Notes: generated by a model not told the origin, from the sequence alone. Numbered from the stretch's first letter, positions 1-11,016 are shown. The stretch: 64,000 bases of DNA from Octopus sinensis (GCF_006345805.1 NW_021832035.1:62001-126000), one strand, 5' to 3'. Program-made: numbers and translations.

Positions 1-270
1 CAAAGCCTTGTGAGTGGCTTTGGTAGCTGAAAACTGAAAGAAGCTCATCATGTGTGTGTGTGTGTGTGTGGTGGTGTGTGTTTATATTTGTATTCTGTAT
101 ATGTATGATGATGATAGGTGCAAGCATAGCTGTATGGTAAGAAGTTTGCTTTCGAACCACATGGTTCCAGGTTCAGTCTTCTATAATACTCTTGGGCTAA
201 CCAAAGCCTTGTGGGTGGCTTTGGTAGCTGAAAACTGAAAGAAGCTCAGCATGTGTATATGTGTGTGTGT
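1..270 (+). mobile_element. Two tandem partial copies of tRNA-derived SINE family A (5' half)
   Basis: caaagccttgtg(a/g)gtggctttggtagctgaaaactgaaagaagctca occurs at 1-47 and about 201-248. The second copy has the tRNA-like head (gctgtatggtaagaagtttgc...ggttccaggttcagtc). Confidence 0.65.
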
Positions 271-287
271 GGTGATAGTTATGTTAC

Positions 288-470
288 TCACAAACATGAA
301 CAACAAGAGAAAGCACAACAACGCGAGGATGTGGAACAAGTATAGTGTTATTGGACGCTCAGGAAAGGAAAGAAGGAGGATTTAACATTTCGAGTAGAGC
401 TCTTCGTCAGAAACACAGAAAAAGGAAAGGTCCAAGGAAGGGAAGGGGTGAAGAAAAAGTTATTTCAAGG
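288..470 (-). mobile_element. Penelope-type short repeat P1 with hammerhead-like motif
   Basis: Reverse complement of the repeats at 11544-11730 and 36482-36657. The minus strand reads CTGACGA-A-GAG-ctcta-CTC-GAAA. Confidence 0.6.
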
Positions 471-555
471 ACAGGAGAGTGCAAGAGAAGGAGGTATGTG
501 TGTGTTTATGTGGATATGTGCGTGCGCACAGGTCTGTGTGAGTAGTGGTATTTGG

Positions 556-712
556 TCTGTTGTTATGTTCTGAGTTCAAATTCTGCCGAGGTCGACTTTT
601 GTCTTTCATCTTTCCGGGGTTGATAGAATAAGTACCAGTTGAGCATTGAGTTTGATGTAAACATCTTAGTCCTTCCCTGGAAATATCTGGCCATGTGCCA
701 AACATTTGAAAT
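556..712 (+). mobile_element. SINE family B, headless variant-tail copy
   Basis: Contains ttctgagttcaaattctgccgaggtcgac (B-box-like) and the shared core tttcatctttccggggttgatagaataagtaccagt. Confidence 0.7.
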
Positions 713-718
713 CAATAT

Positions 719-1245
719 TTAGTAGAAGCAACACCAGCCACCACCACCACCACCACCGACATCATCACCAACACCAACACCACCACCACCACTGCCACCA
801 TCACCACATATAATAACAACCACCACCACCACCACCAACATCACCACCACCACCAACACCAACACCACCACCAACACCAACACCACTGCCACCATCACCA
901 CATATAATAACCACCACCAACATCACCACCAACATCAACATCACCACCAACACCAACACCACTGCTACCATCACCACATATAATAACAGCCCTCACCACC
1001 CAAATCACCACCAACACCACCACCACTACCAACACCAACACCAACACCACCAACACCACCACCAACACCAACACCACTGCCACCATCACCACATATAATA
1101 ACAACCCGCACCACAACATCACTGCCTCTGCCACCACCACCACCACCACTATCACTACCACATACAACACCCATCATCACAAACACCGCCATTGTCACCA
1201 CCAACAGCAGTAGCACCACCACCAACACCAACATCAACACCAATA
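719..1245. repeat. (CAC/CAA)n low-complexity minisatellite
   Basis: Degenerate trinucleotide array with the anchor ccactgc(c/t)accatcaccacatataataac recurring about every 90-120 bp. Confidence 0.9.
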
Positions 1246-1521
1246 TTTCTGAAATATAGGAGACAGTACTGTTTGTTACTGATGAGGCAACTGATAGCCA
1301 TTACATGGAAGAGTGAACGTAAATATATTTTATCAAATTTCGTTATTGAATTAGTTTTTTTATTTTTGAATAAATAAATAACTTTTATGATTCATAATTT
1401 ACTCCTACTGATGACTCTAGTAATGCCATCTTTATATTTTGATAATTTTTAAAAATTGTTTTATATAACTTTTCTGCTGGAATATTCTCCAGCTGCCCTC
1501 AGGTGTAATTTTTTTTTTTTT

Positions 1522-1617
1522 TTACACAGCTGTTATTTTCCCTTCGGTTAAGACTGAATTTACAGCCCCTAGATCTTCAAAATCATTATTTTGTAGACAG
1601 GTGCAGTATTTCTCATA
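1522..1617 (-). CDS. Candidate terminal coding exon, YEKYCTCLQNNDFEDLGAVNSVLTEGKITAV*
   Basis: Strong acceptor tttctcccccccttttcaatttccacag|, open frame to TAA at 1522-1524, and AATAAA about 160 nt downstream on the minus strand. A competing plus-strand acceptor exists at about 1529. No homology recognised. Confidence 0.3.
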   Translation of the reverse strand, partial: YEKYCTCLQNNDFEDLGAVNSVLTEGKITAV

Positions 1618-1999
1618 CTGTGGAAATTGAAAAGGGGGGGGAGAAATCACCTGTTTTCATAAAATAATGATGTTTTAAACTTTTTAGACTTGTCCGACAA
1701 TTTAAGATAAGAATAAACAGCATATTTTATTTTATCTTCATTTACTTTTTTCAGTTATTTGTACAGCGACCATGCTGGGGCATTACCTTGATATCTTTAC
1801 CCAAACAAACCAATCATAGTTCTTATTTCTTCTTTTTAAAGTCATGTATTTTATTCTATTATCTGTTTTGTCAAACTGCTAAGTCATAGGGATATAAACC
1901 AACCAACACCAGTTATCAGCAGTGGTGAGGAACAAACATAAAAACATATACACATAGACACAAACACACATATACATCCATACATACATACATACATCA

Positions 2000-2350
2000 T
2001 CATCATCATCATCTTTTAACGTCCATTTTCCATGCTGGGATGGGCAAGAACGTTTGACAAAAAGCTGGTAAACTGGGGTGCTACACCAGGTTCCTGTCTG
2101 ATTTGATATGGTTTCTACAGCTGATGTCCTTCCTTATGTCAACCACTCCAAAAGTGTAGTGGGTGCTTTTTACGTGCCACTGGCATGGGTTCCAGTTATG
2201 TAACATCAGCCATAATTATGATCCCTCTTAGCCTTCTCAAGCTCAGTATATCGCAAAGCTTCTTGGTTGCTTGACACTGCTTCCACGAGGCCCAACATTT
2301 GAATGGTGCTTTTTACTTACCATCAGCATAGGTACCAGTTATGCATCACT
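2000..2350 (-). mobile_element. RTE-type LINE 3' UTR or RTE-tailed non-autonomous element (family C)
   Basis: (CAT)n-tttaacgtccattttccatgc tail and the tctacagctg(g)atg(c)ccttcct..gccaaccactc motif. Other copies at about 7240-7470, 40915-41065, 45035-45250 (opposite strand), 52690-52960 and 62010-62220 (opposite strand). Confidence 0.6.
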
Positions 2351-2364
2351 AGCATATCAGTTGC

Positions 2365-2550
2365 CATGATAGATCGTTAGCCACTACACATATTTTTTTC
2401 TCTCCTTGTTTCTCTCCTTGTTTTTTCTGTGTCCCTTTCTGCAGAAGAGCGTAGGCTCGAAACATAAAGGACATTTTTTTTATTCCTGAGCGTTATACTA
2501 ATACATTTGTTTGTTTTGTACACCACCTGTCTTCGTCTTGTTTTTTCGTA
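2365..2550 (+). mobile_element. Penelope-type short repeat P2
   Basis: ctttctg(c/t)agaagagcgtaggctcgaaac...cctgagcgttatactaatac. Copies at about 33545-33725 (-) and 59575-59775 (+). Confidence 0.55.
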
Positions 2551-3656
2551 AGGCACTTATCCAATGTGCCATGCAGTGGGACTGAATCTGAAATCATGTT
2601 GTTAGAAAGCAAACTTTTTTACCACACACCCACGCCTGCATGCATAGAACCTGTAGAAGAGAAAATCGCGGAGTAAAGTGGTGAAGACTCATCTCAAGTG
2701 GCTAAGCCTCACGAAAGAGATGACAATGGATTGTGATAAGTGGTTAGACATTGTGATGGAGAAGTAGTGATCATATAATAACGATATTTCAATCCAAAAA
2801 TTGATTTTTCTCTATTTTGTATAACATTGTTTTTTTGGGGTTTTTTTCTGTGCAAGTATGGAAAATAAGATGCAGAAATGATGGAAATGGTATTAATGCA
2901 GGTGAGATGCGTAATTCTTGCATTTGGGTCCCTCCTACCCACTATGTTCATATCAAACCACCCTGTCACCATTTTCTCTCTTGATACTTCTTCCAATCTC
3001 TCACAGGTATCCATTACGTACTCTCTTATCATTGATTCTCCTTCAAAGCCACCTATCTATGTTGCTATCCGTTAGTCTTCTTGCACATTGCTCTCTCTCT
3101 CTCTCTCTCTCTCTCATTACTGACATCCATCACTCATTCTCCCTTCCTAATCATTCTCTCACCCCTCTTCCATTATTCTCTCTTCTATCTCTCATTACTG
3201 ACACCCATCACTCACTCTCCCTTCCTAATCATTCTCTCACCCACTCTTCTACTACTCTCTTTCCCTCACTCATCACTAACATCCACGACACTCCCACCAT
3301 TCCCTACCATTCTCACTCCCCCTCTCTCTCTCTCTCTCTCTGCCTCTCCCTCTCTCCCTTTAGCTCTTCCATTTCTTTCTCTTCTGTCACTCAGTCTCTC
3401 AACTGTCAATCCTTCTCCCCTTGCAATGCACCTTAGCAAATTCTGAATCTAACACATATTTGTTGGAAATTTTTAATATTTAATCTTAAATTTCCCTCAC
3501 ATTTGCTGTTTCTGCTGAATCTCCTTAACACCAACTATCATATATCGGTCTGTCTGTCTGTCAGTCTGTCCATCTCTTTCTCTCTTTCTTTCCCATTATC
3601 CTATTACTCTCATTTATGACTTTATCATCTTTTATACATACATACATACATATAAA

Positions 3657-3697
<41 letters not shown>

Positions 3698-3951
3698 TAT
3701 GCTGGTGTGTCTACGTCCCCGTAACTTAGCAGTTCGGCAAAATAGACCGATAGAATAAGTACTAGGCTTACAAAGTAATTCCTGGGGGCGATTTGCTCGA
3801 CTAAAGGCGGTACTCCAGCATGCCCACAGTCAAATGACTGAAACAAGTAAATGAGTAAAAGAGTAAAAGGAAAAGTATGGCTAGATTTTTTTCATTGAAT
3901 ATTGAAGAAGTATATAACCCTTATTGTTATAATTATATATATATATATATA

Positions 3952-4336
3952 TATATATAATTATAACAATAAGGGTTTTGCAACAAGTTGCTTGACCACA
4001 TACTGAAAATTTTAGAAATAGCAGCCAAAGGATTACTATTACCTTTTTCTACAAAAATATGTCTCCACAGACAACAATATTTGTAACTCACAAATGGCAA
4101 AATAAAAAAAAGAAGAAAAATAATGAAATCAAACAGTCTTCGATTAATTATGGAAGACTATTTGATTTCATTATTTTTCTTTTTTTTTTCTCATGTGTGA
4201 GTTACAAATATTGTTGTCTGTGGAGACATATTTTTGTAGAAAAAGGTAATAGTAGTCTTTTGGCTGCTATTTCTAAAATTTTTGGTATGTGGTCAAGCAA
4301 CTTGTTGCAAAACCCTTATTGTTATAATTATATATA
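3952..4336. repeat. Long foldback inverted repeat (arms of about 190 and 184 bp, 11-nt spacer)
   Basis: 3952-4141 is the near-perfect reverse complement of 4153-4336. The spacer is gattaattatg. Confidence 0.95.
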
Positions 4337-4481
4337 AAAAAGACTTTTTATATAAGTTTTTACCGAATATGGTCCTTTTCCATACCGAAAAACTACTAGG
4401 TGAAATTTGTTGATTTTATTAAATTAATTATCTTTCACCCTATATCTGTAATGAGTATATATATATATATATATATATATA

Positions 4482-4832
4482 CTCTTTTACTCTTTGACTG
4501 CAGCCATGCTGGAGCACCGCCTTTAGTCGAGCAAATCGACCCCGGGACTTATTCTTTGTAAGCCCAGTACTTATTCTAAGTGACGGGGACGTAAACACAC
4601 CAGCATCGGTTGTCAAGCAATGCTAGGGGGACAAACACACACATACATATATATACATATACATATAAATGACAGGCTTCTTTCAGCTTCCGTCTACCAA
4701 ATCCACTCACAAGGCATTGGTCGGCCCAGCGCTATAGCAGAAGACATTTGCCCAAGATGCCACGCAGTGGGACTGAACCCGGAACCATGGGGTTGGTTAG
4801 CAAGCTACTTACCACACAGCCACCCCTGCGCC
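4482..4832 (-). mobile_element. SINE family A, near full length
   Basis: The minus strand starts ggcgcaggggtggctgtgtggtaagtagc (A box) ...ggttccgggttcagtccc (B box), has a central microsatellite, and ends ...gctccagcatggctgcagtcaaagagtaaaagag. Confidence 0.85.
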
Positions 4833-4841
4833 TATATATAT

Positions 4842-4883
<42 letters not shown>

Positions 4884-4990
4884 ATATAAATGTAAAGCTA
4901 CATACTTCAGTGCTTCCTTCTTTAATTTTTGAATGTTAATGAAACATTTTGAATGCCACGAAACATTTTTCCCAGCATGCTAACAATTCT

Positions 4991-5590
4991 TATTTCTTTA
5001 TTGCCCACAAGGGGCTAAACATAGAGGGAACAGACAAGGACAGACAAAGGGATCAAGTTGATTACATCAACCCCAGTGCATAACTGGTACTTAATTTATC
5101 GATCCAGATAAGGATGAAAGGCAAAGTCGACTTCAGTGAAATTTGAAGTCAGAATGTAATGACAGACGAAATACCTATTTCTTTACTACCCACAAGGTGA
5201 TAAACACAGAGGCGACAAACAAGGACAGACAAACGGATTAAGTCGATTACATCGACCCCAGTGCGTAACTGGTACTTATTTAATCGACACCGAAAGGATG
5301 AAAGACAAAGTCGAGCTCGGCGGAATTTGAACTCAGAACGTAACAGCTGACCAAATACCTATTTCTTGATTATCCAGAAGGGGCTAAGCATAGCGGGTAC
5401 AAACAAGGACAGACAAATGGATTAAGTCTATTACATCGACCCCAGTGCATAACTGGTACTTATTTAATCGACTCCGAAAGAATGAAAGCAAAGTCGACCT
5501 CGGCGGAATTTGAACTCAGAACGTAGTGGCCGACGAAATACCACTAAGCATTTCACCTGGCATGCTGACAATTCTGCCAGCTTGCCACCT
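4991..5590 (-). mobile_element. SINE family B concatemer (head plus three units of about 185 bp)
   Basis: Three tandem bodies joined at gacgaaatacc|tatttcttt (plus strand). There is a single head at about 5540-5590. Confidence 0.85.
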
Positions 5591-6198
5591 AAATGTGAGT
5601 GAAATAAGAAGCAAGAATTGAACCTCTGTCACAAAACTTTCTTCTATTTCTACATATCCACCTGGTTTTTCTCTGCTGTTACTTTACTGTAATATAAAAC
5701 ATTTTGGAATATCTCTTTAAAGGCAGCTTTTAACAATGTTAAACAAGTTAAAAAGAATTCATTATATAACTCTTTTTAACTCATTCAACACCAATGCACC
5801 TAAAACTAACTCAGTGAAAGTATTGAAATTTAGATTCAAATTTCTGACTAATATCATTATCAGATGAAAGATAATATAAAATTCCTGTATATAAAAAATG
5901 TATTATTTGCTAAACTTCTTGTAAGTCAAGATTATTTTGAAAATTAATACACCAAGGGCAGAATGTATTCTTGTTAAATATTCTTGTTAAAAATATGCAA
6001 TGCGGATATCTATTTTAAAGTTATTTTTCAACTGTCTGAAATGAAAAATTTTATTAGTAAGATATGAAAAGATTTTTAACGATAGCTCTTAAAAATGTAA
6101 TATGTACAGATATTTTTAAAACTGTGTCTCTACAGTATGATGTGAAGATATCACTTCACAGTGCGATATGAAGTTTCTTTTAAAGATATCATGTCAGG

Positions 6199-6422
6199 GC
6201 ATGGCAGAATCGTTAGCATGCCGGGCAAAATGCGTAGCTGTATTTCGTCTGCCGTTACGTTCTGAGTTCAAATTCCACCGAGGTCGACTTTGCCTTTCAT
6301 CCTTTCGGGGTCGATAAATTAAGTACCAGTTACGCACTGGGGTCAGTGTAATCGACTTGATCTGTTTGTCTGTCCTTGTTTGTCCCCTCTGTGTTTAGCC
6401 TCTTGTGGGTAGTAAAGAAATA
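6199..6422 (+). mobile_element. SINE family B monomer
   Basis: Full head and body ending aaagaaata, flanked by gatatcatgt..ggg on both sides (target-site duplication, TSD). Confidence 0.85.
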
Positions 6423-6877
6423 GATATCATGTTGGGGCAGCTACTGTAATAACTGATGTGCTTTTCTTGTCAAAGAGAAGTGGAACCCATTTGTCAGCCC
6501 AACAGACTGTAGTAAAACTGAATTATGTCTCAAGTTAGTTTCTGTTCATAGGCACTTGATCAGTGGTTATAGTATCTTAACAATTTCAGAGCTGTTGGGT
6601 GGTTTGGTACAGACATGATGAAAAAATAAGCTTATTTGGAACTAAAATACGAAAATATGATAAATATTGTAACATAATATAGTTGAAGAGTTTGTGATGT
6701 TAAAGATGGAAGTTTCCTTTTGACTTTTACTTGTTTCAGTCATTGAACTGCGGTTTCTGGGGGTGCTGCCTAGAAGGGTTTCAGTCAAACAGATTAACCA
6801 CCCGCACTGGTTGTCAAGTTGTAGTGGGGAACAAACACACGCAAATATACACATGCACACACACACATATTGATATA

Positions 6878-6919
<42 letters not shown>

Positions 6920-7484
6920 TATATATTATATATATATATATACATGCATATTTATAGATATATATATATATATATAAGAAATTAAAAAAGGAAAATACAC
7001 TTACATAGTTTTAATATAATTTTTAATATATCGACGGTTTCGCTATCGCTATTCATGATATTATGTTTTACTTATTTGAATATATATTTTTTTTTTAAGA
7101 AGAAATTTTTTCCATGTTGTGTGTGATGAAATTCACAAGTGAATGACTTCATGAGTAGATAAATAAAGGAAGGTAGTTGGTTGTCGTTATTATTGTTATT
7201 GTTGTTATTGTTATAATATATATCATTGACATCATCATCATTATCATCATTTAACGTCTGCTTTCCATGCTGGAATGGTTTCTAACGCTGGATGCCCTTC
7301 TTAATGCCAACCACTCCAATGGCCACAACTAGAATTTCATGGGTGTCATTTACATGACATTGGCAATGGCCACAAATATATAACTTCACTTGGCTTAACC
7401 AGCAACAACCACGACCAGTTTCACTTGCTTAACAAATCTTCTCAGCACAGCATATTGCAAACGGTCTTGGTCTCATGTATGTAT

Positions 7485-7950
7485 GTGTGTATATGTTTGT
7501 GTGTCTGTGTTTGTCCCCCCCAACATCGCTTGACAACCGATGCTGGTGTGTCTACATCCCCGTAACTTAGCGATTTGCCAAAAGAGACCGATAGAATAAG
7601 TACTAGGCTTACAAAGAATAAGTCCTGGGGTCGATTTGCTCGACTAAAGGTGGTGCTCCAGCATGGCCACAGTCAAATGACTGAAACACGTAAATGAGTA
7701 AAAGGGTAAAGAGTATATATGTATGTGTGTGTGTATATGTTTGTGTGTCTGTGTTTGTCCCCCCAACATCGCTTGACAACCGATGCTGGTGTGTCTACGT
7801 CCTTGTAACTTAGCAATTCGGCAACAGGTAAGGATAGAATAAGTACTAGGCTTACAAAGAATAAGTCCTGGGGTCGATTTGCTCGACTAAAGGCGGTGCT
7901 CTAGCATGGCCACAATTAAATGACTGAAATAAGTAAAAGAGTAAGAGGAA
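7485..7950 (+). mobile_element. Two tandem 3' halves of SINE family A
   Basis: gtgtgtctgtgtttgtccccc...actgaaa(c/t)a(c/a)gtaaa occurs twice head to tail, with a unit of about 245 bp. Confidence 0.85.
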
Positions 7951-9721
7951 AAATATGGCTGGTGTTGTTTCATTGAACATTGAAGAAGTATATCCAGTAT
8001 ATATGACCCCACTGGTTGGAAATCCCTATTCTAGACTTAAAAGGAAAAGTATACTATGAGGGGGAGTTGTGATGTCATCAACGGAAACCCCTCAAGGTGG
8101 TGCTACAGCATGGCCACAGTCTAAAAAGTAAACAAGTTTTAAAAAATGTGTTCGTGTGTGTTTGTCTTGGAGTTTGTCTTGGAGTGTGTGTGATGTATAT
8201 GAGTGTGTGTGAGTGCCAACATACATATATGGACCTACACATATCTACATATACGTGTGTGTGTGTATATATATATGCATATTTAGATACATTTATTCAC
8301 ACACATATATATGCAAATATATATATATGTGTGTGTATATTAATTCTGGAAATGTGACAACTGGTTGGATTACAGAGGGGAAGAAATTGCTAATTGCTGG
8401 AGATATTTTTATTATTGGATTTTCAAACACAAAAAGTACAAAAAATCACCATAAAATGAAAATCAGAAAATTGGAAAAAGTTTTTGTTTTCTACTGAAAA
8501 ATGCCAGGTAAATACCATAAGGTGTGTGAGTTAAGTGTGAATTTGAGTGTAAATACAAGTCTGAGTATGTGTCACAATATGTATATGTGTGTGTGTGAAT
8601 GAGTTTGTCTTGGAGTGTGTGTGATGTATATGAGTGTGTGTGATGTATATAAGTGTGTGTGATGTATATGAGTGTGTGTGAGTGCCAACATACATATATG
8701 CACCTACACATATCTACATATACGTGTGTGTGTATATATATATATATATATGCATATTTAGATACATATATATACACACACATATATGCAAATATGCATA
8801 CTTACACATATCTACATATATGTGTGTGTGTGTGTATATATATGCATATTTAGATACATACACACACACACACATATATATGCAAATATGAATACTTACA
8901 CATATACATATTCACACATATACATATATACACATATATAAACGTGTATACACACACACACACGCTCACACACATATCTTTGTTTATACACTTTTGAATA
9001 TGAATCAAGTGTATTTTCTGATGTGAACGTTGCCAGAAAACTGCAAGGAATCTAAAGTAGATGGTCCTGGCAAAGATGGTGGCTGTCAGGAGCAGCGAGG
9101 TGGTGGGTGTGTGATATGAATATAAAGTATATAACTTGAGAGAGGGAGTGTGTGTGTGGGGGGGAGAAGAGACGGCTACCTGGTTGGGTGGATGGTTATG
9201 CGAAAGGTCACAATTAGGGGGTGCGGCAGACAGATAATAGAGGGCCACAAACACCCATATATACACACACACATACATACTTACATATGAATGTGTGTGT
9301 ATACACATGTATATATATATATACATATACACAAACATATGCTCTAATTTATTTATAGAAACGAAAATATTAAATTTTATTTTGACCTACACATGTGTGT
9401 GTGTGTGTATGTGAGTGTGTGTCAATATGTATGTATCTATGTATATATCTATATATTCATTTATATCTGTATGCTTACATACACATATATATAAGTACAT
9501 AAGTATTTACATATATGTATGTGTATCATCATCATTTAACGTCTGTGTTCCATGCTAGCATGAATATATATATATATATACATCTGTACATATATATATG
9601 CCTGTTCATATACACAATATATATATATTTATGTATATGTATATATATATATAAATCTGTACATATATATATAAAGACATATACACACACATGCACATAT
9701 ACACATACATACATATATACT

Positions 9722-10278
9722 CAGGGTGCGGTGAATAAACTGTCGTCTAAATTACACAAAAAAATAACACTCACATCTCATTTTAACAGATATATTTACT
9801 AAAATTACATAGAAATATCTTGAAATATTAAAGAGTAAATTTATTCAATAAAATCGCCATTGGCTTCAATCACAGCCTCCAGACAACTTCGGAACCTCCT
9901 GCAACTCTTCTGGATGGCCTTCTTGTTTAAGTTGGTGAATGCTGCCATAATCCTTGCCTTCAGTTCATCTTTGGTGCTACAAGGAGTTTTGTTGGTCTCT
10001 CACTCAACTGGGTCCCACAACATAATAATCAAGGGGGTTACAGTTTGGAGAGTTAGGTGGACAGATGAAATGTTTGTATTGAAGCTTCCAGTGTGAATGC
10101 CAAGCAGTACAGCATATCGTTTTCAAATTTCTGGCAGAGTAAATTGTGTCACGATGCTGTTTTTCTCTGAGATGGTACCCAGCTGACCCTACTATACTGT
10201 GTCATCAACAAAAGGAAAAACAAACAATGTGCATGTGCGAAATTAAAGATATAAAATGGTGACAATTTACCCATCTAT
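9722..10278 (-). mobile_element. Internally deleted Tc1/mariner-superfamily element with transposase remnant
   Basis: The minus strand encodes PPNSPNCNPLDYY (the WPPNSPDLNP-type motif). After a frameshift it reads VE*ETNKTPCSTKDELKARIMAAFTNLNKKAIQKSCRRFRSCLEAVIEANGDFIE* (stop at 9841-9843). An N-terminal-like segment TQFTLPEI*KRYAVLLGIHTG is fused directly upstream. One terminus is cagggtgcgg... Confidence 0.85.
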
Positions 10279-11016
10279 CTCCATGACTCCTTCAAGGAAT
10301 TGTGAGTGGAAAAGATGGATTGATGGATGGAATTATGTAATTGTAAAGTATATAATTGTAGTCGTGTTTTTATTTCTCATTTAACTGTCTCCTATCCTGT
10401 GATATGCTTGAATAGAATTTTAATAAGAAACTGAATGAATCATACATTCATAAATACATAACTATGATGCTATGTGACATGCATATACTAGAATGAAGCA
10501 ACGAAGAATTGTTTTCTACATAACTGAAATACCCTAAGGTAGTCAGACATATAAGAAGAAATAATAAGAAATAATAGAACCATTATGCAAATTAGATCTA
10601 TTTTTCACCATTGAACAACAAACTCTTGAGTTATTTATAGGATTAAAGTGAGAATTATGAAAAATGATTGAATGAAATTCCATGTACATTGAGAAATATT
10701 TTAATTGGATATTTGATTTTTTTAAAACAGATGTTAGGTAATTACCTTACAAATAATTGCTATCTATTTTTGCATTCTTCTCCAACTCCTCCTCCAACTC
10801 CTTCCTTTTTCTTTTTCTTCCCCTCCCTGCCCCTCTTTTTCTTTTTCTTCTTTACTTCTAATGCACTCACTTCTTCCTCTTCTTTATAACTATTATAGTG
10901 GATGGACTGGCAAAATCACCAGAACACTGGACAACATAACTGGCAGCATCTAGTTATAGTTCTTTGAATTATGAGCTCAAATGCCACTGATGTCAACTTT
11001 CCCTTTCATCTTTTCT

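Noticed and set aside
719-1243. Val/Gly-rich ORFs resembling membrane or glycine-rich proteins
   Set aside because: They derive from a (GGT/GTT)n minisatellite, shift frame repeatedly and show no codon-level constraint.
2680-3030. ORF 2709..3032 as a host gene
   Set aside because: At most a very decayed RTE C-terminal-like sequence, with no splice or start context; not supportable either way.
5620-5690. Minus-strand peptide SREKPGGYVEIEESFVTE as an internal exon (faint MYDGF-like look)
   Set aside because: It needs a weaker AG downstream of a better one and has a poor donor, and the similarity does not continue into the next candidate exon.
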